64,000 bases of DNA from Acidobacteriota bacterium (GCA_027315185.1 DAHUYO010000006.1:395-64394), one strand, 5' to 3'. Shown: positions 49,238-58,328, numbered from the stretch's first letter. Numbers and translations are program-made. Notes: generated by a model not told the origin, from the sequence alone.

Positions 49238-49777
49238 TTAGCTGACCGCCAAGGTGTAGGTGAGCGTGGTGGTGTAGGTGTCCGCCGCGAAGTTGCCGCT
49301 GGACACGGTGTAGGTGATGTTGAACTGCTGGTTCTGCGCGTGCGTGGAAGCCGCGTTGGTGAACAACGTGGCGCCCGCCGAGGCCAGAGCCGCGCTGCCG
49401 ACCAGGGTTCCGCTGCTAACGCTGCCGGCGGTGCTCAGAATCATGTCCGCATCCGGGATCACGTTGGCGGCGTTGCTACCCACCAAGGCGTCGGCACCAT
49501 TGCTGGAGGTGACGGTGATGCTGACCCCCGAGGTGCTGGTGCTGCCGGCGCGGTAGGAGAAGTTGACCTGCGTGGCGCCCGCGGCAGAAGCCCAAGGGCC
49601 GAACGTCGGACCGGTGAGGTTGATGGTGCTGGCGCTGTTGACCACGCTCAGCGTGCCGGCTACGTTCAGGTTCAACGCCAGGTTGGTGGTGCCCGTGGTT
49701 TGGGCCGAGAGCGGCGCGGCGGCCAAGCCTGCCATCACCACCAGGGCCAGAGTCGGAAGAAGCGATTTCAGTTTCAT
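49238..49777 (-). CDS. Secreted pilin-like subunit P1 (major-subunit candidate)
   Basis: Signal 'MKLKSLLPTLALVVMAGLAAAPLSAQT'. Ser/Thr/Ala/Gly-rich beta protein ending 'AADTYTTTLTYTLAVS'. The ATG at 49831 lies upstream of the predicted sigma54 transcription start, so 49777 is preferred. Confidence 0.55.
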   Translation of the reverse strand: MKLKSLLPTLALVVMAGLAAAPLSAQTTGTTNLALNLNVAGTLSVVNSASTINLTGPTFGPWASAAGATQVNFSYRAGSTSTSGVSITVTSSNGADALVGSNAANVIPDADMILSTAGSVSSGTLVGSAALASAGATLFTNAASTHAQNQQFNITYTVSSGNFAADTYTTTLTYTLAVS

Positions 49778-49834
49778 ATCCAGTGTCCGTTTCCGCTGGT
49801 CCATCATCTCGGCCCAGCCTTTGCTGGTCATAGG

Positions 49835-49850
49835 GGCAACCCTGGGGCCA
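49835..49850 (-). promoter_or_regulatory. Sigma54 promoter candidate TGGCCCCAGGGTTGCC in front of P1
   Basis: GG and GC dinucleotides are at exactly the consensus spacing and TTGC is intact. It lies ~60 nt upstream of the ATG at 49777. Confidence 0.55.
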
Positions 49851-50611
49851 AAGCCGCCGCCATTCTTGGCCCGGCTGCAACCTTAGGCGTTTCTAAGGCT
49901 TGTAGGGGAGGGACAGGAAAAACCCTGTACTTGCCACGCCGCCGCAGAGCGCCAAAAAACGTCGCTGCGTGGACGGCTCATGGCCTGTACTGCCTGGGTC
50001 AGCCGCCGGGGCGGCGGCGGTGCGGGCATCGTTGGCGATTTGCCCACGCAGATCGGGAGTGGCGGGCCCGGGCGGGAAATGCACAGGGTTTTGCCCGCCC
50101 GCACCGGCAGGGCGGGTAACACGACGTGCCCAGGCCGCGGGGACAGGGCCGGGGGCCCGGCCGCGGCATGCGGCGCCAGCGCACGGCTGACATCCGGCGG
50201 GGATCCCGCATCGCGCTGGCGGTGACCGGCGAGAACGCCCATCTCACCGTCACCGCGCCGAGCGCACCCGTAGGGTACCCGTCCCCGGCTGCCCAGCAAA
50301 GCTGCCGTCCCGGCCGGCCCCTCCCACTTTCTTCGCGCTGGGCGGGCGGCAGCAGAAACAAGCTCTCGTCTGGCGCGAGGGAGGCGGGCAGGGAGGCGAG
50401 CGTCCCGCTGGCCGTCAGGACGCGCAGGTAGCCACGGTGGCGCGGGATTTGTCATAGTGGGGCTAGCGCCGCCAGAGGAGCGCCGCGAAATCCGCGCCGT
50501 AATCGCCGCAGGCGCGGTTCGACACTGTTCTCTCGCGGCTTTTCCAGCGCACCGTTCGCATTCCGTCCCCACCGCCCCTGGCCGCCACCATCCCGTACCG
50601 CCGATCCCGCC

Positions 50612-52009
50612 ATGGCCGCATCTGCCCCTTCGACCGCAGCCTTATCCGCGCCGGCGGCGGTGCGTCTGCTGGCGGTGGATGACGAGCCGGAAATCTTGGC
50701 ATTGATCGCCGCCACGCTGGAGCCGATGACCGCCTGCGGCGATTTGGAAATCACCTCCGCCGCCGACGGCGCGGCCGCCTGGGAGGCGTTCGTCCGCCTG
50801 CGGCCGGGCATCGTTTTATTGGATCTGCGCCTGCCCGACGCCAACGGCATGGAGCTGCTGGCGCGCATGCTGGCCGCAGATCCCGGCGTCCATGTCCTGT
50901 TGCTGACCGGCTATTACTCCACCGCTTCCGCGGTGGAGGCCATCCAGCAGGGCGCCAGTGATTATCTGGAAAAGCCCTTTTCCGTGGAGCGCCTGCGCGC
51001 CGCCGTCGGCGTGCTGGTGGAGGAAGCGGGCCGGCGCCGGCAGAGCGGGGAGTTGCAGCGCGAGCTGGCGGCGCACGCCGAGGTGGACGGCATGATCGCC
51101 TCCGGCCCGGCGATGCAGGAGGTGCTGGCCGCCATCCGCCGCTACGGGCCGCATTTCAGCGCGGTGTTGGTGGAGGGGCCGACCGGCGCGGGCAAGGAGC
51201 TGGTGGCGCGGGCGCTGCACCGTCATGCCGGCCGCCGCGGGCCGATGGTGGTCGCCAACTGCTCCGCCATCGTCGAGAGCCTGTTCGAAGCAGAGATGTT
51301 CGGCCACGTCAAGGGCGCCTTCACCGGCGCCAGCAGCGACCGGGTGGGGCTGTTTGAAGCGGCCCACCAAGGCACGTTGTTTTTGGATGAGATCGGCGAC
51401 CTGCCGCTGCCCATGCAGGCCAAACTGCTGCGCGCCATTCAGGAACGCCAGGTACTGCGCGTCGGTTCGGTGACGCCGCGCGCGGTGGACGTGCGCATCA
51501 TCGCCGCCACGCATCACGAATTGTCGGCGCTGACGCGTGCCGGCCGGTTCCGCGAGGATTTGTACTACCGCCTGGCCGCGCTGCGCATCACCGTGCCGCC
51601 GCTGGCCGAGCGGCGCGAGGATTTGCCGCTGCTGACGCGGCATTTTTTGGCCCGCTACTCCGCCGAGTACGGCAAGCCGCTGCGCGGTCTGACCCGCCGC
51701 GCGCAGCTGGCCGTGGCGCGCTATGCCTGGCCGGGCAATATTCGCGAGTTGGAGAACGCGCTGGCCGCCGCCGCGCTGCACGCCGCCGCCGATTTCGTGG
51801 ACGTGGACGATCTGCCGGAGGCGGTGCGTGCGCCCGCGCCGCCCGGCGCCGATGCCGCCACGCCGCTGCTGACGCTGGCCGAGATGGAGCGCCGCTATGC
51901 GCGGCAAGCCGTGGCGGCTATGAACGGGAATAAGGTGCAGGCCGCCGCCGCTTTGGGCATTAGCCGCGCCACGCTGTACCGGCTGCTGCGATCTCCGTCT
52001 GCAACCTAG
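50612..52009 (+). CDS. Sigma54-dependent response regulator (NtrC family: REC-AAA+-Fis HTH)
   Basis: REC '[11 protein letters not shown]...[16 protein letters not shown]'. Walker A 'GPTGAGKE'. Intact 'GAFTGA' sigma54-contact loop. '[11 protein letters not shown]'. C-terminal '[16 protein letters not shown]'. Confidence 0.9.
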   Translation: MAASAPSTAALSAPAAVRLLAVDDEPEILALIAATLEPMTACGDLEITSAADGAAAWEAFVRLRPGIVLLDLRLPDANGMELLARMLAADPGVHVLLLTGYYSTASAVEAIQQGASDYLEKPFSVERLRAAVGVLVEEAGRRRQSGELQRELAAHAEVDGMIASGPAMQEVLAAIRRYGPHFSAVLVEGPTGAGKELVARALHRHAGRRGPMVVANCSAIVESLFEAEMFGHVKGAFTGASSDRVGLFEAAHQGTLFLDEIGDLPLPMQAKLLRAIQERQVLRVGSVTPRAVDVRIIAATHHELSALTRAGRFREDLYYRLAALRITVPPLAERREDLPLLTRHFLARYSAEYGKPLRGLTRRAQLAVARYAWPGNIRELENALAAAALHAAADFVDVDDLPEAVRAPAPPGADAATPLLTLAEMERRYARQAVAAMNGNKVQAAAALGISRATLYRLLRSPSAT

Positions 52010-52146
52010 CAATCGTAGGACGGCCGTCCCGCCTGCCAATTTCTCCGCTGCGACCGCGCCACTGGGGTAGCCGTCACGGCTGCCGGGACCCGTCCGGCTG
52101 CCGATGCGCGTCCGGGATGCTGAGATCCCAACGCCGGCGGCCGGCG

Positions 52147-52695
52147 TTAGCTGACGGCCAGGGTGTAGGTGAGCGTGACGCTTTGACTCGGGGCCTGAGC
52201 CGACGCTTGGCTGGCCGGCGCGGAATAGCGGATTAGGAAGCTTTGCCCCAGGCCGTGGGCTTCCGGGCCGCCGCGCCAGAGGACCACGGCGCCGGTGGCC
52301 GGGGATACATATTGCTGGCTGGCGGTGAAGGCGCCGAGCTGCGGCGCGGGACCGGAGAGCGATAGAAGAATGCCGGCTTGGCTGGCCGCGGTAGGCAACG
52401 CCGCAACCGTTAAGGCGGCGCCGCCGAACTGGCTGGCGCGATAGCTGAGCGTGACCATGGACGCGCCGCCGGGCGTAGCCGAAATTGCCTGGCCCGACGC
52501 GGCCGTGGCGCCGTTCAAATTGGCGACCTGCAACACCGCCGCCGGACGCAGCGTCATCGCCAACGGGGTGGAACGATTTTGGGCGCGGGCGGCGGGGGTT
52601 ATCGCCGCCAACGCCAGCAACGCGGCCGGAGCCGCAAACCTCGAGTTGAACCGCGAGGAAGTGAATAACGAACGGAAGCGGAAACGGACGAACAT
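52147..52695 (-). CDS. Secreted pilin-like subunit P2
   Basis: The ATG at 52695 is preceded by GGAGGAG. Signal '...FAAPAALLALAAITPAARAQ'. The C-terminus 'SQSVTLTYTLAVS' is identical in its last 8 residues to P1. Confidence 0.5.
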   Translation of the reverse strand: MFVRFRFRSLFTSSRFNSRFAAPAALLALAAITPAARAQNRSTPLAMTLRPAAVLQVANLNGATAASGQAISATPGGASMVTLSYRASQFGGAALTVAALPTAASQAGILLSLSGPAPQLGAFTASQQYVSPATGAVVLWRGGPEAHGLGQSFLIRYSAPASQASAQAPSQSVTLTYTLAVS

Positions 52696-52723
52696 TGGTG
52701 CTCCTCCGTAGTGCAGACGGAGC

Positions 52724-52740
52724 GCCAAAACGCCGTGCCA
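52724..52740 (-). promoter_or_regulatory. Weak sigma54 promoter candidate TGGCACGGCGTTTTGGC upstream of P2 (alternative: AGGCTTAGAAATCGCT at 52794-52809)
   Basis: Perfect -24 TGGCAC, but the -12 GC is displaced by 2 nt. The alternative has correct spacing but a degenerate -24. Confidence 0.3.
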
Positions 52741-53013
52741 GCGCTTCATCCGGGGGTTGGCATCTATTTGATATTGCAGGGGCTTATTTAGCAAGCGATT
52801 TCTAAGCCTGGGGCCCGGCTAACGGTCTGTCTCAGCAATGAGACGCCGGCTAGAATCGAGACACTTCACCGGCGCTTCCAGAACCGGTGAATAGCCCTGG
52901 CAGCGGTGCATCGTCGGGGCGGATCCGCGTTTAAGGCAAGGGGATGGCCGCGCGGCTCTTTGGTTCACCCGGCAGAGCCGGCGGTCCGTGCCGGCACCCG
53001 CGGTTCGCGGACG

Positions 53014-53628
53014 TCAGCCGGGCGCCCCGGTCTCCGAGCCGCGCCCTCGCCCCGCGACGCCCGGCCGGGCGGGCGCTGCTCGCACTGGCGGGAAACGGGG
53101 CGGGAACGCCGCTCCGCCCCGGACCGGCAAATCGGCGGCGGCCAGCATCGCGGGAAGGGGGCGGTATTCGCGCGCCAAGGACCGGATGGCGTGAGGGCTG
53201 GCCAGATAGATCGGCGCGGCTTCCCGGCTGTCGCTCAGGAAACGCAGTGCGTCCAGAATCGCGGGAATTGAGGCGAGCGCCACGGCCAGGGCGGGCCGCG
53301 GCACGCGGGCGATGCACCAGAGGCGTCGGTGGGCTACCGCCAGCAGGCTGTTGCGCCGGATCCGCCACGGTCCCGGGGTGGGAGCCGGGAAGGCGGCGAG
53401 CAACTCCAGCATGCGCGACATGTCCGCAGCCTCTACCGACGCCCGTCGCGCGCCACTCAGCAGGCAGAATCCGCAGTCCACGAGGGCTGGGAACTGGCGA
53501 ATTGCCTCCGCGTCCTCCCGAGCGTTGGGTCGGCGCTTGGGCACCGCCGCTACCAGGCGCATATCCCGGAAGACCAGCAAACGCGACTCCTGTTCGACGG
53601 TGCGCCACATAACCTCTGCGTGCACCAT
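53014..53628 (-). CDS. Hypothetical protein (weak)
   Basis: The portion from 'MVHAEVMWRTVEQESRLLVFRD...' has protein-like composition, but the C-terminal 50 aa are low-complexity. Several overlapping ORFs compete here. Confidence 0.25.
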   Translation of the reverse strand: MVHAEVMWRTVEQESRLLVFRDMRLVAAVPKRRPNAREDAEAIRQFPALVDCGFCLLSGARRASVEAADMSRMLELLAAFPAPTPGPWRIRRNSLLAVAHRRLWCIARVPRPALAVALASIPAILDALRFLSDSREAAPIYLASPHAIRSLAREYRPLPAMLAAADLPVRGGAAFPPRFPPVRAAPARPGVAGRGRGSETGAPG

Positions 53629-53890
53629 TCCCCTGAGCCTAGCGGTTAGGGCGGCGGACCGCCATCCTCCATGCGGGTGCCCACCGCCGGTTTCACCCAA
53701 ATTGGCACCCGCGGCCGTCTCCACCGGCAGGACGCGGCATCCGCCCAGCCGCCACGGCACGCTAGCGTCGCCAACGCGGCGTCCGAAATGGCTGCCCTGG
53801 TGTCGGCGCAGCACCAGCGCGCAACTGCCGCCGAAGGGCGGCCGAGGGCAGCGGTTGCGCCGTCGGATGTGAATGGCGGATCACATACCG

Positions 53891-54403
53891 TTATTTCTGG
53901 ATTTCGTATAAGAGGTTGGGGCTGCCGTCCGGCGTCGGGCGGTCAATCTCGCCCGCCAGCTTCGCCCCGATCTTCTCCAGCGCGCGGCGCGAGCGCAGAT
54001 TGTTGGCGCCCACGGTGAACACCACGCGGTCCACCGAGCGCAGCGCATGCGCCAACAGCAGCCGCTTCATCTCGCCGTTGTAGCGGCCGCCCCAATACGC
54101 CCGCTGGAGAAACGTGTAGCCGATCTCGATCTCGCTTGGCGGCCCCGGCCGGTAGTCGTGATAACGCGTGCTGCCGATGATCTTGCCGCTGGCCCGCTCC
54201 AAGACCGCGAAGGCGCCGCCGGAGGCGATGCCGCTGTCGAAATATCTGCGGAATGCCGCAGGCAAAAACCGCGTCGGTTCGGGATGCTGCTGCCAAATCA
54301 AGGGATCGCCGGCGGCGGCATGCAGCGCCGCGTAGTCCGTTGGCCGCAGCGGCCGCAGAATCACCAGCTCGCCGGTGAGCGTGGGCTGAAGATCGAACCC
54401 CAT
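53891..54403 (-). CDS. GNAT-family N-acetyltransferase
   Basis: 170 aa. 'LVILRPLRPTDYAALH...IGSTRYH...IEIGYTFLQRAYWGGRYNGEMKRLLLAHAL...RVVFTVGANNLRSRRALEKIGA' shows typical RimJ/RimL-like motifs A and B. Confidence 0.8.
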   Translation of the reverse strand: MGFDLQPTLTGELVILRPLRPTDYAALHAAAGDPLIWQQHPEPTRFLPAAFRRYFDSGIASGGAFAVLERASGKIIGSTRYHDYRPGPPSEIEIGYTFLQRAYWGGRYNGEMKRLLLAHALRSVDRVVFTVGANNLRSRRALEKIGAKLAGEIDRPTPDGSPNLLYEIQK

Positions 54404-54659
54404 CCGCGCCAGGCTAGCACGCTGCGGCGCGGTCGGGTTGGTTGTTCCGGACCGCCGTGTCGGGCGGTACGCCGCCGTGCTTGCGGTCGAGTTGGCGTCC
54501 GAAGAACGGCGGCGGCGGCCTAGATCGGTCAGCGCTCGTCGAGGGCGCGCGTCCCACTGGCCAACAACCCGGATTTTGCCGTAAACTCGAACCAGTGCCA
54601 ATGCGCCCCTCGGGGCGCGATCCCGTCTGGATCGCGGCGGCATGCGCCGCCATCAGCGT

Positions 54660-54735
<76 letters not shown>

Positions 54736-55107
54736 TTCTTTTCCGCAACTTGCAGAACGCGCTGACGCGAACGGCACACCGCCGCCACGGGCCTTCGGCG
54801 TAGGCGGGCCATGCGGCGTGCCCGCCGAGCGGCCAGCGCTTCGGGGTCGGTCCACGGGGGCTTGGGCGGCAAGAGGTCTTCGGAAGTCAGCGAGCCCACT
54901 TTGGGCGGGACGGCCGCCGGCGCGTACGCGGGCGGGATTTGGGCCGGCCTTCCGTGGATGCCTAACCTAGAGGTGCGGCCGGCCTCGTCCGCCAAGGCCT
55001 GAACGCTGCGGTCGGGAACGGGAAGGGCTTGCTGAAGCTCTGGGCAGGCAAGTCAGAAGACCGGCTTGAAACACGTGCACCATTTATAATACATTGTACA
55101 TTTAACG

Positions 55108-55473
55108 GTGCAGCCCATGGCCGACGGGCCGGAGCCCAAGAAAATCCCGCTGATCTTCTTCCGCACGACGGCGGGGAGTGAGCCTGTCCGGGAGTGGCTG
55201 AAAGGGCTGGATGAATCCGAGCGACAGGCAATAGGCGAGGACCTCCTGCGGGCGCAGTGGCGTTGGCCGGTAGGGATGCCGCCGTGCCGTCCAATGGGCA
55301 ACGGCCTCTGGGAGATCCGGACGAACCTGCCCACGAAGAAGACGGCGCGCGTATTGATCTGCCTCTAGCGCGAGCACTTGGTCGCGCTGCCCGGCTTCAT
55401 CAAGAAAACGCACGCGACGCCGGCATCGGATTTGGCAACGGCGCGCAAGCGCCAGAAGGAGTTGGGACGATGA
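55108..55473 (+). pseudogene. HigB/Gp49-like (RelE/ParE superfamily) toxin interrupted by an in-frame TAG at 55366-55368
   Basis: 'IFFRTTAGSEPVREWLKGLDESERQAIGEDLL...GNGLWEIRTNLPTKKTARVLICL*REHLVALPGFIKKTHATPASDLATARKRQKEL'. The family-typical C-terminal half continues in the same frame after the stop and ends in ATGA coupling to the antitoxin. Confidence 0.7.
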
Positions 55474-55748
55474 GCAAGAAGCATATGGGTTCGAGCGTTG
55501 ATGACTTCCTAAGGGAAGAGGGCATCTTCGAGGAAACGCAGGCGCGGGCGATTAAGGAGGTCGTTGCGTGGCAGCTTGCCGAGGCCATGAAGAAACAGAA
55601 CATCTCGAAGAACAAGATGGCGATGCTCCTCAAGACGAGCCGCACCCAGGTGGACCGGCTGCTCGATCCGAAGAATGACATCACGCTCGGGAGCCTGCAG
55701 AAGGCGGCGGCAATGGTCGGGCGCCGGGTCAGGATCGAATTGGTCTAG
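55470..55748 (+). CDS. XRE/HigA-like HTH antitoxin
   Basis: 92 aa. 'ISKNKMAMLLKTSRTQVDRLLDPKN' is a helix-turn-helix. Its start overlaps the toxin frame's terminal TGA. Confidence 0.8.
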   Translation: MSKKHMGSSVDDFLREEGIFEETQARAIKEVVAWQLAEAMKKQNISKNKMAMLLKTSRTQVDRLLDPKNDITLGSLQKAAAMVGRRVRIELV

Positions 55749-56048
55749 CCGGACGGGTAAAGGAGCAAACTCGCGCATGAGCCGCTCTGGCAAAGGAATA
55801 CGCTTCGAGGTTCAGTGTGGCCACAGCGGCCCGGACGGAGATGGCCGTGCAGACCTGGTGGTGATGATCGGGGGCGTGGCCTGGTGCGGAACGGCGGGGG
55901 CTGGTCCGCACCCGATGCGGGGCGGCGGCCCAGCGTCCCCAGGGCCGGCCGCCCGCGCCTCCGGGTCCGGCGGCTTGCGCCGGCCGGGAACCGCGCTCAC
56001 CCCAGCCCAACCGGCGCGTCGCCGTAGGTTTGGCTTATACTGCCTGCC

Positions 56049-58151
56049 ATGATCAAGGCCAAGTGTGGGTTGCTGCTGCTCTCCGTGGCGTTCGCGCCGC
56101 TGCTTCCGGTGACGGCGCAGGCCGCCGTCAAGCCCCATCCGCTGACGCTGAACGATGTGTTTCGCGTGAAGGCCGTCAGCAGCCCGAAGGTGTCGCCGGA
56201 CGGGAAGTGGGTGCTGTATACGGTGCGGACGACGGATTTGAAAAAGGACAAGCGCACCACGACCCTGTGGATGGTGAGCTGGAACGGGAAACAGAACCGC
56301 CAGCTGACCTTTGGCTACGACGGTTCCGTCAGCGCGCCGGCGTGGAGCCCGGACGGGAAGTACATTTCGTTTCTATCCGGCCGGAAGGGCGCGGTGAAGG
56401 GCAAGCAGGTCTGGGTGCTGCCGCGCCGGGGCGGCGAAGCGCGGCAACTGACGCACCTGGCCAAAAAGCAGGGCACGATCCAGGCCTACCGCTGGTCGCC
56501 CAACGGGAAGCGCCTGCTGCTGACGGTGCATGTGGGCCGGGTGGTGAGCGCGAACGCCTTCGACAGCGCGAAGCTGCACAAGTACATTGCGCCGATCGTC
56601 ATCACGCGCTACCTGTTCAAGCAGGACATTCGCGGCTACATCACGGCGTCGTCGCACACGTTTCTGTATCTGTATGACATCGCGACGGGCAAGATGGCGA
56701 AGCTGACGGCCGGCAAGAAGTTCGACGAAAAAGACGGGGCGTGGTCGCCCGATGGGAAGGAGATTGCGTTCATCAGCAATCACACCGCGGAGCCGGAGCG
56801 GAACATCAACACCGACGTTTTCGTGGCGGCGGCGAAGGCGGGGTCGAAGCCGCGGCGGCTGACGCACTACACGGGCGCGGACGTGGGGCCGCTGGCATGG
56901 AGCCCGGACGGGCGCGAGATCGCGTTTTTGCGCGGCGGGCATGTGAAGTACTGGCAATACCAGGAGGACCGGCTGGCGGTGGTCGCGGCCGATGGCAGGG
57001 GGCGCGCCAAGGTGGTGACGGCGGCGTTCGACCGGCCGATTCATGAGCCGCAATGGACGCCGGACGGCAAGCATGTGATTGCGCTGGTGACGGACAACCG
57101 CAACCGCTATCCGGCCAGCATTGACGTCGCGACCGGCGCGGTGACGCGGCTGGTGAAGGCGGAAGGGTCATCGTGGGGCCACTCGGGAAAGGCGGGGCAT
57201 GAGGCGCTGCTGTGGACCACCGACACCAGCCCGAGCGAGTTGTTTGCGCTCAGCCATGGGCGACTGCGGCAGATGACGCACCAGAACGCGAAGTTGCTGC
57301 GGCGTTTGGTGCTGGCCAAGGCGGACAACATGCACGCCATCAGCCAAGACGGCACGCGCGTGTACGGGCTGATCACGCTGCCGGATAAAGCTGGGGCGAA
57401 GAAGCCGTATCCGCTGCTGCTGTGGATCCACGGCGGGCCGCAGGGGCAGGACGCGCACGGGTTTTCGGCTGTGCGGCAGTTGTTCGCGGCGCGCGGCTAC
57501 GCGGTGCTGAACGTGAATTACCGCGGCAGCGACGGCCGCGGGATCGCCTACCAGAAGGCGATCTGGGCGCACTGGGGCGTGGATGAGGTGCAGGACATCG
57601 AGGCGTGCGTCAACCAGGTGATCCGGGAAGGCATCGTGGATCCGAAGCGCATGGGCGTGGGCGGCTGGAGCTACGGCGCCATGACCACGGACTATATGAT
57701 CGCGCACACCAACGAGTTCAAGGCGGCGAGCGCGGGCGCGGGCGTAGGCGATCCGTTCATGCTGTATGGCGTGGACGAGTACGTCAACCAGTACAACTTT
57801 GAGTTGGGTGATCCCTGGACGCACGAGCAGCGGTACATCAGGATCGGCTACCCGTTCTTCCATGCCAACCAGATTCATACGCCGACGCTGTTCATGGGCG
57901 GCACCAGCGATTTCAATGTGCCGGTGGTGGGCGGCGAGCAGATGTATGAGGCGCTGCGCACGCTGCATGTGCCCGCGGTGCTGATTGTCTATCCGCAGCA
58001 GTTCCACGGGTTCACGCGGCCCACCTACATCCGCGACCGCTACCAGTACTGGTTCAATTGGTACGGCAAGTGGGTGCTGGGCCGGCACGTGGCGCTGTCA
58101 TATCGGCCCTGGGCGAAAAAGAAAGGCAAATCGAAAGGGAAGAGGAGCTAG
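56049..58151 (+). CDS. S9-family serine peptidase (beta-propeller + prolyl oligopeptidase/DPP-type catalytic domain)
   Basis: Signal peptide. Repeated 'SPDGK' propeller blades. Catalytic 'GGWSYGAMTT' (GxSxG). C-terminal Asp/His region 'GTSDFNVP...FHGF'. Confidence 0.9.
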   Translation: MIKAKCGLLLLSVAFAPLLPVTAQAAVKPHPLTLNDVFRVKAVSSPKVSPDGKWVLYTVRTTDLKKDKRTTTLWMVSWNGKQNRQLTFGYDGSVSAPAWSPDGKYISFLSGRKGAVKGKQVWVLPRRGGEARQLTHLAKKQGTIQAYRWSPNGKRLLLTVHVGRVVSANAFDSAKLHKYIAPIVITRYLFKQDIRGYITASSHTFLYLYDIATGKMAKLTAGKKFDEKDGAWSPDGKEIAFISNHTAEPERNINTDVFVAAAKAGSKPRRLTHYTGADVGPLAWSPDGREIAFLRGGHVKYWQYQEDRLAVVAADGRGRAKVVTAAFDRPIHEPQWTPDGKHVIALVTDNRNRYPASIDVATGAVTRLVKAEGSSWGHSGKAGHEALLWTTDTSPSELFALSHGRLRQMTHQNAKLLRRLVLAKADNMHAISQDGTRVYGLITLPDKAGAKKPYPLLLWIHGGPQGQDAHGFSAVRQLFAARGYAVLNVNYRGSDGRGIAYQKAIWAHWGVDEVQDIEACVNQVIREGIVDPKRMGVGGWSYGAMTTDYMIAHTNEFKAASAGAGVGDPFMLYGVDEYVNQYNFELGDPWTHEQRYIRIGYPFFHANQIHTPTLFMGGTSDFNVPVVGGEQMYEALRTLHVPAVLIVYPQQFHGFTRPTYIRDRYQYWFNWYGKWVLGRHVALSYRPWAKKKGKSKGKRS

Positions 58152-58328
58152 GGACGCAAGAGCACGCGAAGGTCCGCCGCGGCGGGTTGGCCACGGCGTT
58201 GCCCGGTCACAGAGTTGCGCGCATTACGGGCTTGATGCCGCGGTTCCTGCACGCCCGGCCGTTCTTTTCCGCTGTCCGCCCGAGGCGGCGGCACGGCAGG
58301 GATGCGCTGCGGCGAGCGGTGGGCGCGC

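Noticed and set aside
49917-50096. Repeats CTGTACTTGCC / CTGTACTGCC and inverted AAAACCCTGT / ACAGGGTTTT upstream of P1, considered as EBP binding sites
   Set aside because: The matches are short (10-11 nt) with irregular spacing, no counterpart exists upstream of P3 or P2, and I cannot distinguish them from chance without comparative data.
52130-52148. Palindrome AACGCCGG-CGG-CCGGCGTT at the 3' end of P2, considered as an intrinsic terminator
   Set aside because: It overlaps the stop codon and has no T-run on either strand. It may still form a hairpin, but the evidence for terminator function is weak.
52906-53872. Cluster of mutually overlapping ORFs on both strands between P2 and the GNAT gene
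   Set aside because: Most are Arg/Pro/Gly/Ala low-complexity translations. Only the 53014-53628 minus frame has partly protein-like composition, and it is listed at low confidence.
55988-56001. Possible attR-like partial copy of the tRNA-Lys 3' end (GAACCGCGCTCACC versus TTCGCGGCTCACCA)
   Set aside because: It is only a ~10-nt gapped match in GC-rich DNA, well within chance expectation, so it is not enough to define island borders.
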